DNA from: an uncultured Acidobacteriota bacterium
GTDB taxonomy: Bacteria; Acidobacteriota; Terriglobia; UBA7540
DNA: 64,000 nucleotides
NCBI GenBank assembly: GCA_963804995.1
Contig: CAWDSK010000003.1
Coordinates: 1,312,001 to 1,376,000 of the forward strand
Direction: 5' to 3'
Every line of letters begins with the position of its first letter. Position 1 is the first letter of the stretch. The position numbers and the translations under genes were made by a program. Of the stretch, positions 19,394 through 29,753 are shown piece by piece. The notes under the pieces are model-generated. The model saw only the letters and a list, made by a program, of their open reading frames with translations, was not told where the DNA came from and searched no databases.

Positions 19394-19565
19394 ATCGGGA
19401 TAGGGGGAGCGGTCGCCCGCTCACCCCTCCCACACCACTGTACGTACGGAGCGCGTATACGGCGGTTCGGCGGGTTAGGCTAAGAACCGGCGGTGCCCCG
19501 TCTCATTAGATACTGCTCCGCCACCGAAAGAACCCCAGCGCTACAGCCAAAGCGTTGTCCAAAAA
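19394..19565 (-). mobile_element. 3' remnant of a class C (IIC) group II intron: RT tail plus domains V-VI
   Basis: GAACCGCCGTATACG..CGTACGTACAGTGGTGTGGGAGG..CCCCTATCCCGAT; upstream peptide GVLSVAEQYLMRRGTAGS*. Confidence 0.8.
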
Positions 19566-19582
19566 TTTCGTGGACACTGCGT

Positions 19583-20773
19583 TCACGCCATCGAGGATTT
19601 CCCAACTGCCGCCGAGGGAGCCAAGCGTTCAAGCGCCGCCATCACGCCGCCCTCCCGGTGCGGCACGCCGGCCAGTCGAAGTCCCATCTCAACTCCACCC
19701 AGAGTGCCCACCAGCATCAAATCGTTGAAGCTGCCCAGGTGGCCGATGCGGAACGCCTTGCCCAGAAGCTTGCCGAGCCCCGCGCCTAGTGACATATCGA
19801 AATTATTGAGAATAACCTTTCTGAGATTATCCGCGCTGTGCCCTTCGGGCGTGAGCACGGCGGTCACGGTGCTGGAGTAATCCTCGGGCGCCTCGCAGAC
19901 GATCTCCAGGCCCCACTGTGAAACCGCCGCCCGGGTGGCCTGCGCGTGGCGGTCGTGGCGGCGGAACACATTTTCCAAACCCTCTTCCTCCAGCATGTGA
20001 AGGGATTCGCGCAAACCGTAAAGCAGGTTCGTGGGCGGTGTGTAGGGGTAGAATCCGGTTTTGTTCTGCTTCAGGATGTCTTGCCAGTCCCAGTAAGCGC
20101 GCGGCATCCGGGCAGTTTCATTGGCGCGCAGAGCTTTCTCCGACACCGCGTTGAAGCTCAAGCCGGGCGGCAACATCAGCCCCTTTTGCGAGCCGCCAAT
20201 CGCCACGTCCACGCCCCACTCATCCTGCCGGAAATCGATGGCCGCAAGCGAGGAGATGGCATCCACCATCAAGAGAGCCGGATGGCGCGCGCGGTTGAGT
20301 ATGCTGCGGATCTCACCGACATGGCTGGTGGCTCCCGTCGAGGTCTCATTGTGAACCACCATCACCGCCTTGATGCGGTGCGTCGGGTCGGTCGCCAGAC
20401 GCGCTTCCAGTTGATCGAGGTCAGCGCCGCGACGCCAGTTCCCCGGCACATAATCCACGTCCAGGCCGAGCCGTTGCGCCATGCGCCGCCAAAGCTCCGC
20501 AAACTGCCCCGTCTCGAACATCACCACACGATCGCCCGGCGACAACGAGTTCACGATCGCAGCCTCCCACGCGCCTGACCCCGAACCGGGGTACAGGATG
20601 ACGGGCCCGCTGGTCTTGAAAATGGGGCGAATGCCTTCCAAAATTTCCATCGCCAGTTCGGCGAATTCCGGACCACGGTGGTCAATGACCGGACGATCCA
20701 TGGCGCGCAGAATCCGGTCAGGACAATTGGTTGGACCCGGGATTTGCAAAAAATGACGCCCCGTGTGAATCAT
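19583..20773 (-). CDS. Class V aminotransferase (serine/alanine-glyoxylate aminotransferase-like)
   Basis: GRHFLQIPGPTN, VHNETSTG, DAISSL, GSQKGLMLPPGL, FRIGHLG. Confidence 0.93.
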   Translation of the reverse strand: MIHTGRHFLQIPGPTNCPDRILRAMDRPVIDHRGPEFAELAMEILEGIRPIFKTSGPVILYPGSGSGAWEAAIVNSLSPGDRVVMFETGQFAELWRRMAQRLGLDVDYVPGNWRRGADLDQLEARLATDPTHRIKAVMVVHNETSTGATSHVGEIRSILNRARHPALLMVDAISSLAAIDFRQDEWGVDVAIGGSQKGLMLPPGLSFNAVSEKALRANETARMPRAYWDWQDILKQNKTGFYPYTPPTNLLYGLRESLHMLEEEGLENVFRRHDRHAQATRAAVSQWGLEIVCEAPEDYSSTVTAVLTPEGHSADNLRKVILNNFDMSLGAGLGKLLGKAFRIGHLGSFNDLMLVGTLGGVEMGLRLAGVPHREGGVMAALERLAPSAAVGKSSMA

Positions 20774-21160
20774 GAATCCTCCCTTCACTCCGCTGCATGG
20801 GTTATCTAACTTGGAACGCGACTAAAACCCTAATCCGCCCAAAGCTCCATACTTCCGCCGACTTTCGAGATCGCGTCATACTATAATATCGGACAATTGT
20901 AACGCAGAGCGGTCAGCGGGGTGGCGACATTGTGTCGCTGGGGAATTGTCCCAGATGTTGCTCTCCGCGGGGCGTAGCGGGCGAGGTCCCACCAAAAAGG
21001 CCGAACTCCTACGAATTCCACCCCCTGGAATATGCCTCTCGAAATCCTCTTGTGGTTCCGCCGTTCAATCCAGGAATCACAAGAACCGACTCGCGTGAGG
21101 GAAACGGTTATCCAATCATAGAGCCTGAGTCGCCCAAAGAATCGCAATCGGCGACATTAC

Positions 21161-21466
21161 TTAGATTGTCAAGTTGGTTAAGAACTGAAGGCCCGCATGG
21201 GACCAGAGGCCGGCAGCATCCCAAGGTCTCACCCACACCACGCGACTGGGGATGGCGTTCGGGAATTCTCCCTTGAGCATGATGCCCACCCACTCGCCGG
21301 GAACCAGCTCAAGAGTGGTTTGGACGCAGGCCCCTTCCAGTGAGAAATCAATGGCGGACGCGTCATCGTCAGTATTGTTACGTTCGGATCGAACTACAAG
21401 GCTAATGGGGATCGTCGCTGGTTCGCGTTCCGCGCGACGAAGGTCAGTCGGGGGGATGGTTTGCAT
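21161..21466 (-). CDS. Stand-alone PilZ domain protein
   Basis: RRAER (RxxxR) and DFSLEG (DxSxxG), RVVWVR..AGLQF; GGAGG RBS. Confidence 0.8.
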   Translation of the reverse strand: MQTIPPTDLRRAEREPATIPISLVVRSERNNTDDDASAIDFSLEGACVQTTLELVPGEWVGIMLKGEFPNAIPSRVVWVRPWDAAGLWSHAGLQFLTNLTI

Positions 21467-21626
21467 CGGCAGCCTCCTCACCTCCGTATTGGAGATGTAG
21501 CTATTGATTACCTTGCCACGGTCCAGGGCAGAAGTCAAGCTCCAAACGTGGAAGGGTTGTGGTGCGGCTGAAAGCCCCCGGTGTGGGGTATTGACGGGCG
21601 TTGGAGCCTCGCGCCCCAATCCTTTT

Positions 21627-22946
21627 CTATGGCCGTAAACCTGAAAACGCCAAGCTTGCTGCTTGCAGTGTCGCGGCCAAGTCACCCTCGCTGTGACTGG
21701 TGGAGACAAAGGCCGCCTCGAATTGCGAAGGCGGGAAATAAACACCAGACTCCAGCATGAACTTGAAGAAAAGACTATAAGCCGCCGTGTCGGCCTTCTT
21801 CGCGCCGGCATAATCGTTCACGGGACCCGGCGTAAAGAAAGCTGTGAACATGGAACCAACGCGATTCACAGTCAAGACCGTGCCCAGCCGCGCGGCTTCC
21901 GTGGCCAGCCCCTGGGTAAGGCGTTCCGTCAGCGAATCCAGCCGCTCATAGAGCCCCGGCCGCCGCAGGATTTCAAGCGTCTTCAATCCCGCCGCCACCG
22001 CCAGGGGATTGCCGGAGAGCGTTCCAGCCTGATAAACCGGCCCCACCGGCGCCACCAAGTCCATCAGCCGCGCCTTGCCCCCATAGGCTCCCACGGGCAA
22101 ACCCCCTCCGATGATTTTGCCCAGCGTCGTCATGTCCGGGTCGATTTTGTAAAGCTGCTGCGCCCCGCCGTACGCCACGCGAAAACCCGTCATCACTTCG
22201 TCGAAGATCAGCACCGTACCCTGCTCAAGCGTCAGGGCGCGCAACTTTTCGAGGAAACCCAGCCGTGGGGGAACACAACCCATGTTGCCGGCTATGGGCT
22301 CCACGATTACCGCGGCCAGCTCGTTGTGGTGCAAGCGGAACGCTTCTTCCAGCGCCGCCGCATCATTAAAGGGCACAGTCACGGTGAGCTCGGCAAGAGC
22401 GCGCGGAACGCCCGGGCTGTCAGGTAACCCAAGTGTGGCTACACCCGAACCCGCCTTCACCAACAGACTGTCGGCATGGCCGTGATAGCATCCGGCGAAT
22501 TTCAGAATTTTGTCGCGCCCTGTCGCCGCGCGCGCCACCCGCAAGGCGGAGAGTGTTGCCTCCGTGCCGGAGTTCACCAGTCTGACGCGCTCGATCGATG
22601 GGTAGGCTTCGCAGATGCGTTCCGCCAATTCCACTTCCCGCGGCGTGCAGGCGCCAAAGCTCGTTCCTGTTTCCAACACTTTCACTAATTCTTCCACCAC
22701 CTCCGGATGGCTGTGGCCGAGGATCAAAGGTCCCCAGGAGAGCACGTAATCGATGTAACTCTTGCCATCGACATCCGTCATCATGGCGCCTTTGCCGCTG
22801 CTCATGAAGATGGGATCGCCGCCCACCGCACTGAAAGCGCGCACGGGTGAGTTCACTCCTCCCGGCACGAGGCGTTTAGCTTTTTCGAAGAGCTCCTTGG
22901 ATTTGCTTGACAAGGGCTTACTACCTGATTGTAAGGGTGAATTCAT
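21627..22946 (-). CDS. hemL: Glutamate-1-semialdehyde 2,1-aminomutase
   Basis: PGGVNSPVRAF, NSGTEA, FDEVMTGFR, LGKIIGGGLPVGAYGG, PSQFEA. Confidence 0.97.
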   Translation of the reverse strand: MNSPLQSGSKPLSSKSKELFEKAKRLVPGGVNSPVRAFSAVGGDPIFMSSGKGAMMTDVDGKSYIDYVLSWGPLILGHSHPEVVEELVKVLETGTSFGACTPREVELAERICEAYPSIERVRLVNSGTEATLSALRVARAATGRDKILKFAGCYHGHADSLLVKAGSGVATLGLPDSPGVPRALAELTVTVPFNDAAALEEAFRLHHNELAAVIVEPIAGNMGCVPPRLGFLEKLRALTLEQGTVLIFDEVMTGFRVAYGGAQQLYKIDPDMTTLGKIIGGGLPVGAYGGKARLMDLVAPVGPVYQAGTLSGNPLAVAAGLKTLEILRRPGLYERLDSLTERLTQGLATEAARLGTVLTVNRVGSMFTAFFTPGPVNDYAGAKKADTAAYSLFFKFMLESGVYFPPSQFEAAFVSTSHSEGDLAATLQAASLAFSGLRP

Positions 22947-22994
22947 AGGTTAACCTGATGATAAGGCTGTTCCAGCGTTAACAGTTAAGGGGTC

Positions 22995-24197
22995 TTAAAT
23001 CGCCTGCGACCGGTCAAGCGTTTCACGCAAGAGCCCTTTGCCGGTGTCCAGCAGGGTACTCCCAAGACTCCGGGAAAGCCGCCCGACAAGTCCCAGGTAA
23101 GTTTGCGACCCTTCCACGAGGTCCTGCATCACCTCGAGAATGCTCCGGCTCCGCGCCCCGAACTGTACCATGCGAGTCGCTACGCCGCCACCGAGGAAAT
23201 TTCCATGGTAGAACATCCCTGCCAGCCGCGCCCCCATCGCTAACGCCTGGCCAAATTCCTGCCACACACGCTCTGCGTAGGATTCGGGGAGCCCTGCGAG
23301 CAACGTTTCGGCCAGAATCTCACCCGAGCGCAGGGCGTAATAAATGCCCTCGCCCGTCAAAGGGTCGACCAAGCCGGCGGAGTCTCCGGCCAGTGCCCAA
23401 CCCGGCCCTTCCAGATGCAGCCCTCCCCAGCTTAGTGTAGAGAGCGCAGGCAGCAGGTGGCTGAACACTTGCACCTTGTCCGAAACATAGCCAAATTTCT
23501 GCATGAAACGCTCGAGCCTATCACGCAGGCCCGCCATACAATCCTCACCAATCTTGCCGCAGATGCCCACGGAGAGATGATCAGGCCGCGGGAACGCCCA
23601 GGCGTAACCTTCGAACTCTTCGTAGAATTGCACGCGCAACAAATCACTCTCGATGGGGACGTAATAGCCAAAGGTCAACATGAAGTCGCGCTGTGTGAAA
23701 TCTTGCACGAACTCCCGCCGCAGCCGGGTGCGAGCGCCTGCCGCGAGCACTACAAAGTCAGCGTGATAATTCCCCTGCCGGCCCGCGAGCTCCCAATCCG
23801 AATTGCGCCGCCGTAAGTCCACAATCCGGTCGGCGATGACTTCCGCCCCAGCCTCTTGCGCGCGCTGCAGTAATAATCCATTCAGCGTAGCGCGGGAATA
23901 AATTACCATGGGGCGGCGCAGGTGAAAACGCATCACCTCATCATTGGGAGCCCAAAATTCCACCTCGCGGACGAGCTTGCCGCAGCCGGTCGCTTCGGCC
24001 AAGAAAGGATATTTTCGCAGCGCTTTGTGGCTGAGCCCGCCGCCGCAAGGTTTTTCCCAGCCAATCTTTTCTTCAAAAATCAGAACGCGATGTCCGCCCC
24101 TTGCCCCGTTGTGCAAAGCCCAACCCTGCGCCAGGATCTCAGCATTTCTGGCGCCCGCCGGCCCACCTCCGATAATGGCGATGGTACGCACACCCAT
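22995..24197 (-). CDS. Geranylgeranyl reductase-family FAD-dependent oxidoreductase
   Basis: IIGGGPAG, EKPCGGG, GYAWAFP, GDSAGLVDPLTGEGIYYA. Confidence 0.88.
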   Translation of the reverse strand: MGVRTIAIIGGGPAGARNAEILAQGWALHNGARGGHRVLIFEEKIGWEKPCGGGLSHKALRKYPFLAEATGCGKLVREVEFWAPNDEVMRFHLRRPMVIYSRATLNGLLLQRAQEAGAEVIADRIVDLRRRNSDWELAGRQGNYHADFVVLAAGARTRLRREFVQDFTQRDFMLTFGYYVPIESDLLRVQFYEEFEGYAWAFPRPDHLSVGICGKIGEDCMAGLRDRLERFMQKFGYVSDKVQVFSHLLPALSTLSWGGLHLEGPGWALAGDSAGLVDPLTGEGIYYALRSGEILAETLLAGLPESYAERVWQEFGQALAMGARLAGMFYHGNFLGGGVATRMVQFGARSRSILEVMQDLVEGSQTYLGLVGRLSRSLGSTLLDTGKGLLRETLDRSQAI

Positions 24198-24324
24198 CTC
24201 AATCCCTATCTCCAAAGTGCGAGCATAGCATGTGGCTTTATGGGGTGTAAATTCGACGCCCGGCATGTGCCGCCCTAGTGGCTAGTGAATTCCTAACTTG
24301 TAGAATTTTCAACCGTCCTAGTGA

Positions 24325-24570
24325 CCCCTCACCCGTCCCGCCCCGGCTGATGAAAACGCCGGCGGCGGTCCACCCTCTCCCCTCGGAGAGGGCTATTACT
24401 CAAAGCGGGGTGTTGTATCGAAATGCCGGGGAACGGTTCTGCCAATGGGTCGGTGCGCGCTTCGATATAACCTTCCCCTGGCCGGAACCGGATAATAGCC
24501 TTCTCCCCAGGGGTCGCAGAATCCGCCGTGGCGGAAGAAGGTGGTCGACGTAGGAGGCCGGATGAGGGGT
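24325..24570. repeat. Family C palindromic repeat pair
   Basis: CCCCTCACCC...CCCTCTCCCCTCGGAGAGGG followed by an opposite-orientation degenerate copy ending GGATGAGGGG. Confidence 0.7.
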
Positions 24571-24742
24571 TACTTACACGCGAGGGTCCCTCTTAGGGTA
24601 CCCCGCCAGGACACTCAGGCTTGCGCTTACGGGACCTTGCGATTTCCCGATACCTCAGGGCAAAATGTTGATGACCAATGGGGGGCGAGAAAATCCGCCC
24701 GGGGTCACAGTTAAAACCACCGCCCGGTGCATTCGAGATCCC

Positions 24743-25714
24743 ATGCTTCTTCAACCACGCGAGCCTTTTAATTTGGCTCAAACACTGCGTTTCATCCTGA
24801 GCCCGCCGGCGTTGCTCAATGGGCGGCATTTCGAGCCGCTACTCGACCACCTCGTGGACGGCGAATATCGTCGCGTCCTGGAATTTGGCGACCAACTGGT
24901 ATTGTACGGGGTGCGCGAGGAAGGACAGGGGTCAAGCGCCCGGCTGCGTCTGCGGATCCTGGTGGGAGCGGACAGCGAAGGCATACGTCACGCGCTGGTC
25001 CGGCAGGTGGCGCGTCAATTCTCAACCGACCTCGACCTCGAGCCTTTCTATACGCTCGCTGCCGGGGACCCGGTACTTCGCCGCCTCATCGTGCACTTTC
25101 GCGGTATGCGGATTCCTCAGGCGCCCAGTGTCTTTGAGATCCTCATTTCGGCCATCATCGAGCAGCAAGTGAACCTGTCGTTTGCGCACCAGGTAAAGAA
25201 AGCGCTGATTGAAACCTACGGGCGCTGGGTGGAATTCGAGGGCCGCCGTTACAACGCGTTTCCTGAACCCGCCGCGCTCGCCATCACAACTCCGCGTGAA
25301 CTCCGCCGCATCCAGGTGTCCGGTCCCAAAGCTCGATACATCATCGGCATTTCGCGCCTGGCGCTCGACGGTACGCTCGATCTCGAGGGCCTGCGCGAGA
25401 TCGAGCCGGGACTGGCTTACGAAAAGCTCCTGGCGCAAAAGGGCGTCGGAAACTGGACGGCGCAGTACGTGGGGCTGCGGGCGCTGGGGCACTTGGATTG
25501 CCTCCCCGCTGCCGATGTGGGGTTGCAGAAGGTGATCCGGCACTTCTACGGGCTGCGCAAGCAGGTTTCGGCGGAACGCGTGGAGAAATTGGCTCGCGCC
25601 TGGCTGGGGTGGCGAAGCTACGCCACCTTTTATCTTTGGCTTACTTATTGGGAGACTCCGGAATGGAAGAGCCGAGTCCGCGAGGAAATCCGCGCCGGAC
25701 GGAGAAGGGATTGA
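24743..25714 (+). CDS. alkA: DNA-3-methyladenine glycosylase II (AlkA family, HhH-GPD)
   Basis: FEILISAIIEQQV, AFPEP, KGVGNWTA, LPAADVGL, WRSYATFYLW. Confidence 0.88.
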   Translation: MLLQPREPFNLAQTLRFILSPPALLNGRHFEPLLDHLVDGEYRRVLEFGDQLVLYGVREEGQGSSARLRLRILVGADSEGIRHALVRQVARQFSTDLDLEPFYTLAAGDPVLRRLIVHFRGMRIPQAPSVFEILISAIIEQQVNLSFAHQVKKALIETYGRWVEFEGRRYNAFPEPAALAITTPRELRRIQVSGPKARYIIGISRLALDGTLDLEGLREIEPGLAYEKLLAQKGVGNWTAQYVGLRALGHLDCLPAADVGLQKVIRHFYGLRKQVSAERVEKLARAWLGWRSYATFYLWLTYWETPEWKSRVREEIRAGRRRD

Positions 25715-25878
25715 GTGATTCAATTATTGGTTCATTGATTCATTGGTTCATTGGCTCATTGCATCATTGAGCCAACCGAGTAAAAGGCAAGAATCGATTC
25801 CAACTTTTCCGCTGACGAGTTTCGAATTTCGAGTTTCGAGTTTCGGTTTTTGAGCTTCGATTTTCGATTTTCGAGTTT
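25715..25878. repeat. Short tandem repeats: 8-mer (TCATTGGT)n then 7-mer (TTTCGAG)n
   Basis: Directly visible between converging genes. Confidence 0.8.
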
Positions 25879-25915
25879 CCCTTGGAGTCACCCCCATCAC
25901 ACCATGGCCCCATCC

Positions 25916-26272
25916 TCAGCCTGACAACTGCGATGCGAGCATACCCCATAATGCGAGGCCGATCCCCACGGCGAAGTACGGGTTGATGATCGCGAAGTAA
26001 ATCAGACATAGGAACCAGGGGATAAAGACCAGTATAGCGTGGTGGAAAACGTAGTCAGTGACGAGCAGCAAGAAGAAGGCAATCAAAGCGCCAACCAGGC
26101 ACCCCAGGATACCCATCCATCCGAAAGGGGCGGGCCGAACATGAAATCGATAAATGCCCCAAGCCATGAACAGGGCGCCCAGAATTACCATCACCAGCGC
26201 AAAGACTTCCCCGCCCTCGAGCCTCTTGCGGATGGTCTTGATACCCTCCTTTACTGAACTCATCATCGTCAT
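25916..26272 (-). CDS. Small integral membrane protein (about 4 TM)
   Basis: Several hydrophobic segments in a 118-aa ORF. Confidence 0.65.
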   Translation of the reverse strand: MTMMSSVKEGIKTIRKRLEGGEVFALVMVILGALFMAWGIYRFHVRPAPFGWMGILGCLVGALIAFFLLLVTDYVFHHAILVFIPWFLCLIYFAIINPYFAVGIGLALWGMLASQLSG

Positions 26273-26543
26273 CCTGGCGGGGGAAGTATAGACTCAACGC
26301 CGCGTCGCCGCAAACGCTGCTCCGAGGAAAGGGAGAGGCGCAGTTTGGCCAATTTCAACATGGGCATCTCTCTTCGCAATCCGGCGACACACCCACTCAG
26401 CAAATTTTTCGAGTTTGTCGCCAGCGCAATCGCCAGAAGTGACAAGGCGGACTATATCTACAGTTAACCGACTTTCCGTCCAGTGGCCGCACACTGTACT
26501 TGTCTCCGGAGAGCCGCTCATTTACTACGAGTTTCGTCGAGAG

Positions 26544-27107
26544 TTAAGGTTTAAGCGGAGGCCCCTTGAAGCAAACGTTGAGCCAGAGCTTGAGGGTAAG
26601 GTCATGACGGGCTTCATTGGCGAGGTACGGACGCAATTCCTTTTTGTAGCGTTCGCGCAGCACCTCAGGACTCAGATGGAGGCTTTCTGCCAGAAAGGCC
26701 ACGTCATCGCGATCCTTCTGGCTGTTTCTTTCCAGCTTGGACAAAATCAAGTCGTAGGGGTCAGGGGCGTAAAGATGCAAGTTCTTAAACTGGCCGGGGA
26801 CCATCTCTGAGAGCCGCGTCGCGTAGTCCTCCGGGAGGGAAATGGCCGGAAAATGGTGCAAATGAAGCTTGTGCTTATTCGCAAGCATCGAGTCCGGCCC
26901 CGCCAATGCTTGAAGGTCGCCCACCGAGGCAGAGGGTAGTGCAGCAAAATAATCAACATCCGCCGTGGGTCGCGGTAGTCCGTAAAAAAGGCTGACCACA
27001 AATCCGCCGATGCAATGCACCTGAACTTGTTCACGGAGGAGTCCGTCAAGCTCTTCCAGAAACCGGTCCCAAGGGGAAGGGAGATTTGTCTTGTTGCTAG
27101 TCGACAT
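26544..27107 (-). CDS. Nucleotidyltransferase-fold protein (DUF6036/AbiEii-like), putative toxin
   Basis: IGGF....YGLPRPTADVDY (GG..T.DxD) and LILSKLERNSQKDRDD. Confidence 0.8.
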   Translation of the reverse strand: MSTSNKTNLPSPWDRFLEELDGLLREQVQVHCIGGFVVSLFYGLPRPTADVDYFAALPSASVGDLQALAGPDSMLANKHKLHLHHFPAISLPEDYATRLSEMVPGQFKNLHLYAPDPYDLILSKLERNSQKDRDDVAFLAESLHLSPEVLRERYKKELRPYLANEARHDLTLKLWLNVCFKGPPLKP

Positions 27108-27783
27108 ATTGCAAGTGCTCAGGTCGCAGGTCTGACAACAGATTCCAGTGCCGCGCGGCCTCCGGCCGGTTCTCGATGAGCCACTGCCGCTCCCGGTCGT
27201 TGCGGGGAGCCCGGTAGAAATAATCTTCACGCGCCAGCCGGCTGGACTCAAGCCAAGATTCCAACCTCGCGAGAGCCCGCGTGCGCCCCGCTTCCCCGGC
27301 GCGTTCAGAAAGCTGGCGGGCAAGGTTGACCACATAACCCAAACGATTTTGCAGGTCAAATTTCTTCGCCTCCACCACCAGCGAAGCGAAATCCATGTGC
27401 CAATATCGCAGGAGCAGCCAAGGCAGCGCTTCGGCCACCCTCCCCTCCAGATTCTCCTGCGCCAGAGCGGTAAGTAGAACCTCTCCGGGGTGCTTACTTC
27501 TCACCCGGGTACGAACATAAGCGAATCCCGGGTAGTTGAGTTTCGCGAGATCCTCAGTAAGCCGTTGCCCGTCAACCTTTTCCGTGAATGCCGACGGCAC
27601 AGGCAGTTCCGTAGGTGAAAGTCCATAGGCCGCAACCACCTTACGCGCCAAAGCGGGCGTGAGGCGACGCTTTCCGTTCTCCAGCATGGCCAGATAAGGC
27701 TGGGACACACCCAGGCGCTCGGCCGCTTCCACCTGGCCCCAGCCGTGCTTTCGCCGCTCCGCTTTTAAATCCCGCGTTCTCAT
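27097..27783 (-). CDS. XRE-HTH protein with an AbiEi-like C-terminal region, putative antitoxin
   Basis: QVEAAERLGVSQPYLAMLENGKR; C-terminal QNRLGYVV and HWNL; overlaps the downstream gene by 11 nt. Confidence 0.75.
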   Translation of the reverse strand: MRTRDLKAERRKHGWGQVEAAERLGVSQPYLAMLENGKRRLTPALARKVVAAYGLSPTELPVPSAFTEKVDGQRLTEDLAKLNYPGFAYVRTRVRSKHPGEVLLTALAQENLEGRVAEALPWLLLRYWHMDFASLVVEAKKFDLQNRLGYVVNLARQLSERAGEAGRTRALARLESWLESSRLAREDYFYRAPRNDRERQWLIENRPEAARHWNLLSDLRPEHLQYVD

Positions 27784-27792
27784 GGCGAGTTC

Positions 27793-27820
27793 ATTATATA
27801 ACAGGCTTGTAATAAGTCAA
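27793..27820 (-). promoter_or_regulatory. Sigma70 promoter with palindromic operator for the XRE/NTase pair
   Basis: TTGACT-N16-TATAAT, 9 nt before the ATG; TATTACA-AGCC-TGTTATA inverted repeat between the boxes. Confidence 0.7.
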
Positions 27821-27824
27821 GCGG

Positions 27825-27958
27825 GTAGCGCACAGGTACGCGTAGTTTACGTTCCTGTGCGGCTTTTCCTCTCTCGTTCGCGTTCATAAACTTCTGAACA
27901 CCATACGCATTTGGGGAGAACCGCGGAGGAACGCAAACTACGCGTGCCTCCGCGCTAC
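27825..27958. repeat. GTAG-REP-like inverted doublet (family A variant)
   Basis: GTAGCGCACAGG..CCTGTGCGG and inverted GTAGCGCGGAGG..CCTCCGCGG. Confidence 0.8.
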
Positions 27959-28053
27959 CATTACCTCCCGGCTACCCGCTAGCAGAAGGGTAGAGGTCAG
28001 GCAAGTCAGCATCCCCGGGCTGCTCAAAGAGGGGTATCAGTGGGCATGACGGG

Positions 28054-28228
28054 GCTGGCGCAGACTTCCGTTTTTTGAAGTCTGCGATCCCGGAGGGAGT
28101 GAAATATTGAGATGATCCGCTTGGCAACGACGCCTCAAGTAGTTGGCGCATGGGATGCACTGGCCGCCGGGCGGGGAAGTAAGTTCCTACGGAATCGCAG
28201 ACTGCCAACTGCCGCAGTCTGCGCCAGC
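28054..28228. repeat. REP-like inverted doublet (family A variant with CTGG head)
   Basis: GCTGGCGCAGACTTC..GAAGTCTGCGAT and inverted ATCGCAGACTGC..GCAGTCTGCGCCAGC. Confidence 0.7.
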
Positions 28229-28365
28229 CTACCAGTTCTGCCTAGCGGTCGGCGAGATTACTCTTGACGAAAAGGGGCCTCGCGCTACAATGGCCCACCG
28301 CGCGCCGGCCTTTTTCTGCCAGCCGGCGAAAAGATAACCTCACGATTCGGAGGGCCCACACAGCC

Positions 28366-29753
28366 ATGATCCTACCCATTCAAACCACGACTACCCGACG
28401 TAAATTCATTGAGACCGCCGGCAAATTGGCGGCGGTTTCGGCTTTGGCCAACGTAGCTATTCCCCCCGTCCATGCCGCCGGCGGCGACCTGATCCAGGTA
28501 GCCCTGATCGGCTGCGGCGGACGAGGCGGCGGCGCAGCGGCGAATGCACTGTCCGTCAAGCGCGGTCCCATCAAGCTGGTGGCCATGGCGGACGTGTTTC
28601 CGGAGCGCCTCGATAAAACCCTGAACAAGTTGCAACAGAAGTTCTCAGCCAGATGGACGTGCCGCCGGATCGCCAGTTCCTCGGCTTCGACGCCTACCAG
28701 AAAGCGATGGATTGTTTGAAGCCGGGCGATATCGCCATTTTCGCCACGCCTCCGGCGTTTCGCTGGGTGCATTTCACCTACGCCATCCAAAAGGGCCTGA
28801 ATGTCTTCATGGAAAAGCCGGTCACGGTCGACGGCCCCACCAGCAAACGGATGCTCGGCCTCGCCGAAGACGCCTCCGCCAAGAACCTCAAGGTAGGGGT
28901 GGGATTGATGTCGCGCCACAGCCGGGCGCTCCAGGAACTGGCCAAGCGTGTCCATGACGGCGAGATTGGCCAGATCATCCTCGAACGGGGTTACCGGATG
29001 CATGGGCCCGGGGGATATTTCTCCTCGCTTCCCAAACCTGACGGGATCACGGACCTGCTCTACCAGGTGCAACGTTTCCACAGCTTCATCTGGGCCAGCG
29101 GAGGGTGCTTTAATGACTTCTACATCCATATCATCGATCATCTCGCCTGGATGAAAAACGAGTGGCCGGTGAAGGCTCAGGCGCTGGGCGGCCGCCATTA
29201 CCGTCAGAGTCCCGAAGGCGTCACCTACGTGGATCAGAATTTCGATACCTATTCGGTGGAATATACGTATGCCGATGGCACGAAGTTCTTTTTCGACGGG
29301 CGGACCATCGCGGGATGCGAGGAGATCTATGCCAGCTACCTGCACGGCGTCAAAGGAATGGGAATCGCTTCCAAACACAGTGATTGCGGGCTACCCTCCA
29401 GCCTGTATAAGGGTCAGATGACGGCCGCCGATATGATTTGGGAATCCGCGGTGCCCAAGGAAGAGCAGGATCCCTATCAAAACGAGTGGAACGACTTGGT
29501 GGATGCGGTTCGCGACGACAAGCCCTACAACGAGGTAAAACGCGGGGTGGAAGCGAGCGTCGTATCAAATATGGGTCGCATGGCTGCGCATACCGGCCGG
29601 GAAATCACGTTTGACCAGATGCTGAATTGCGAGCACGAAATGGCGCCGGGCGTGGACAAGTTCACCATGGATTCCCCGGCTCCACTGATTGCCGATGCCA
29701 ACGGCAGATATCCGGTGCCGCAGCCGGGCATAGTGACCACACGCGAATACTGA
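28366..29753 (+). pseudogene. Gfo/Idh/MocA oxidoreductase with Tat signal, frameshifted near 28650 (pseudogene or sequence error)
   Basis: TRRKFI leader and IGCGGRG in one frame; FGFDAY-like, ATPPAFR and MEKP in the next; one base missing in TCAGCCAGATG. Confidence 0.8.

Noticed and set aside
20881..21147. 88-aa ORF ending in a PilZ-tail-like GVEFVG..FWW
   Set aside because: No RxxxR/DxSxxG arrangement or clear start; resemblance too weak.
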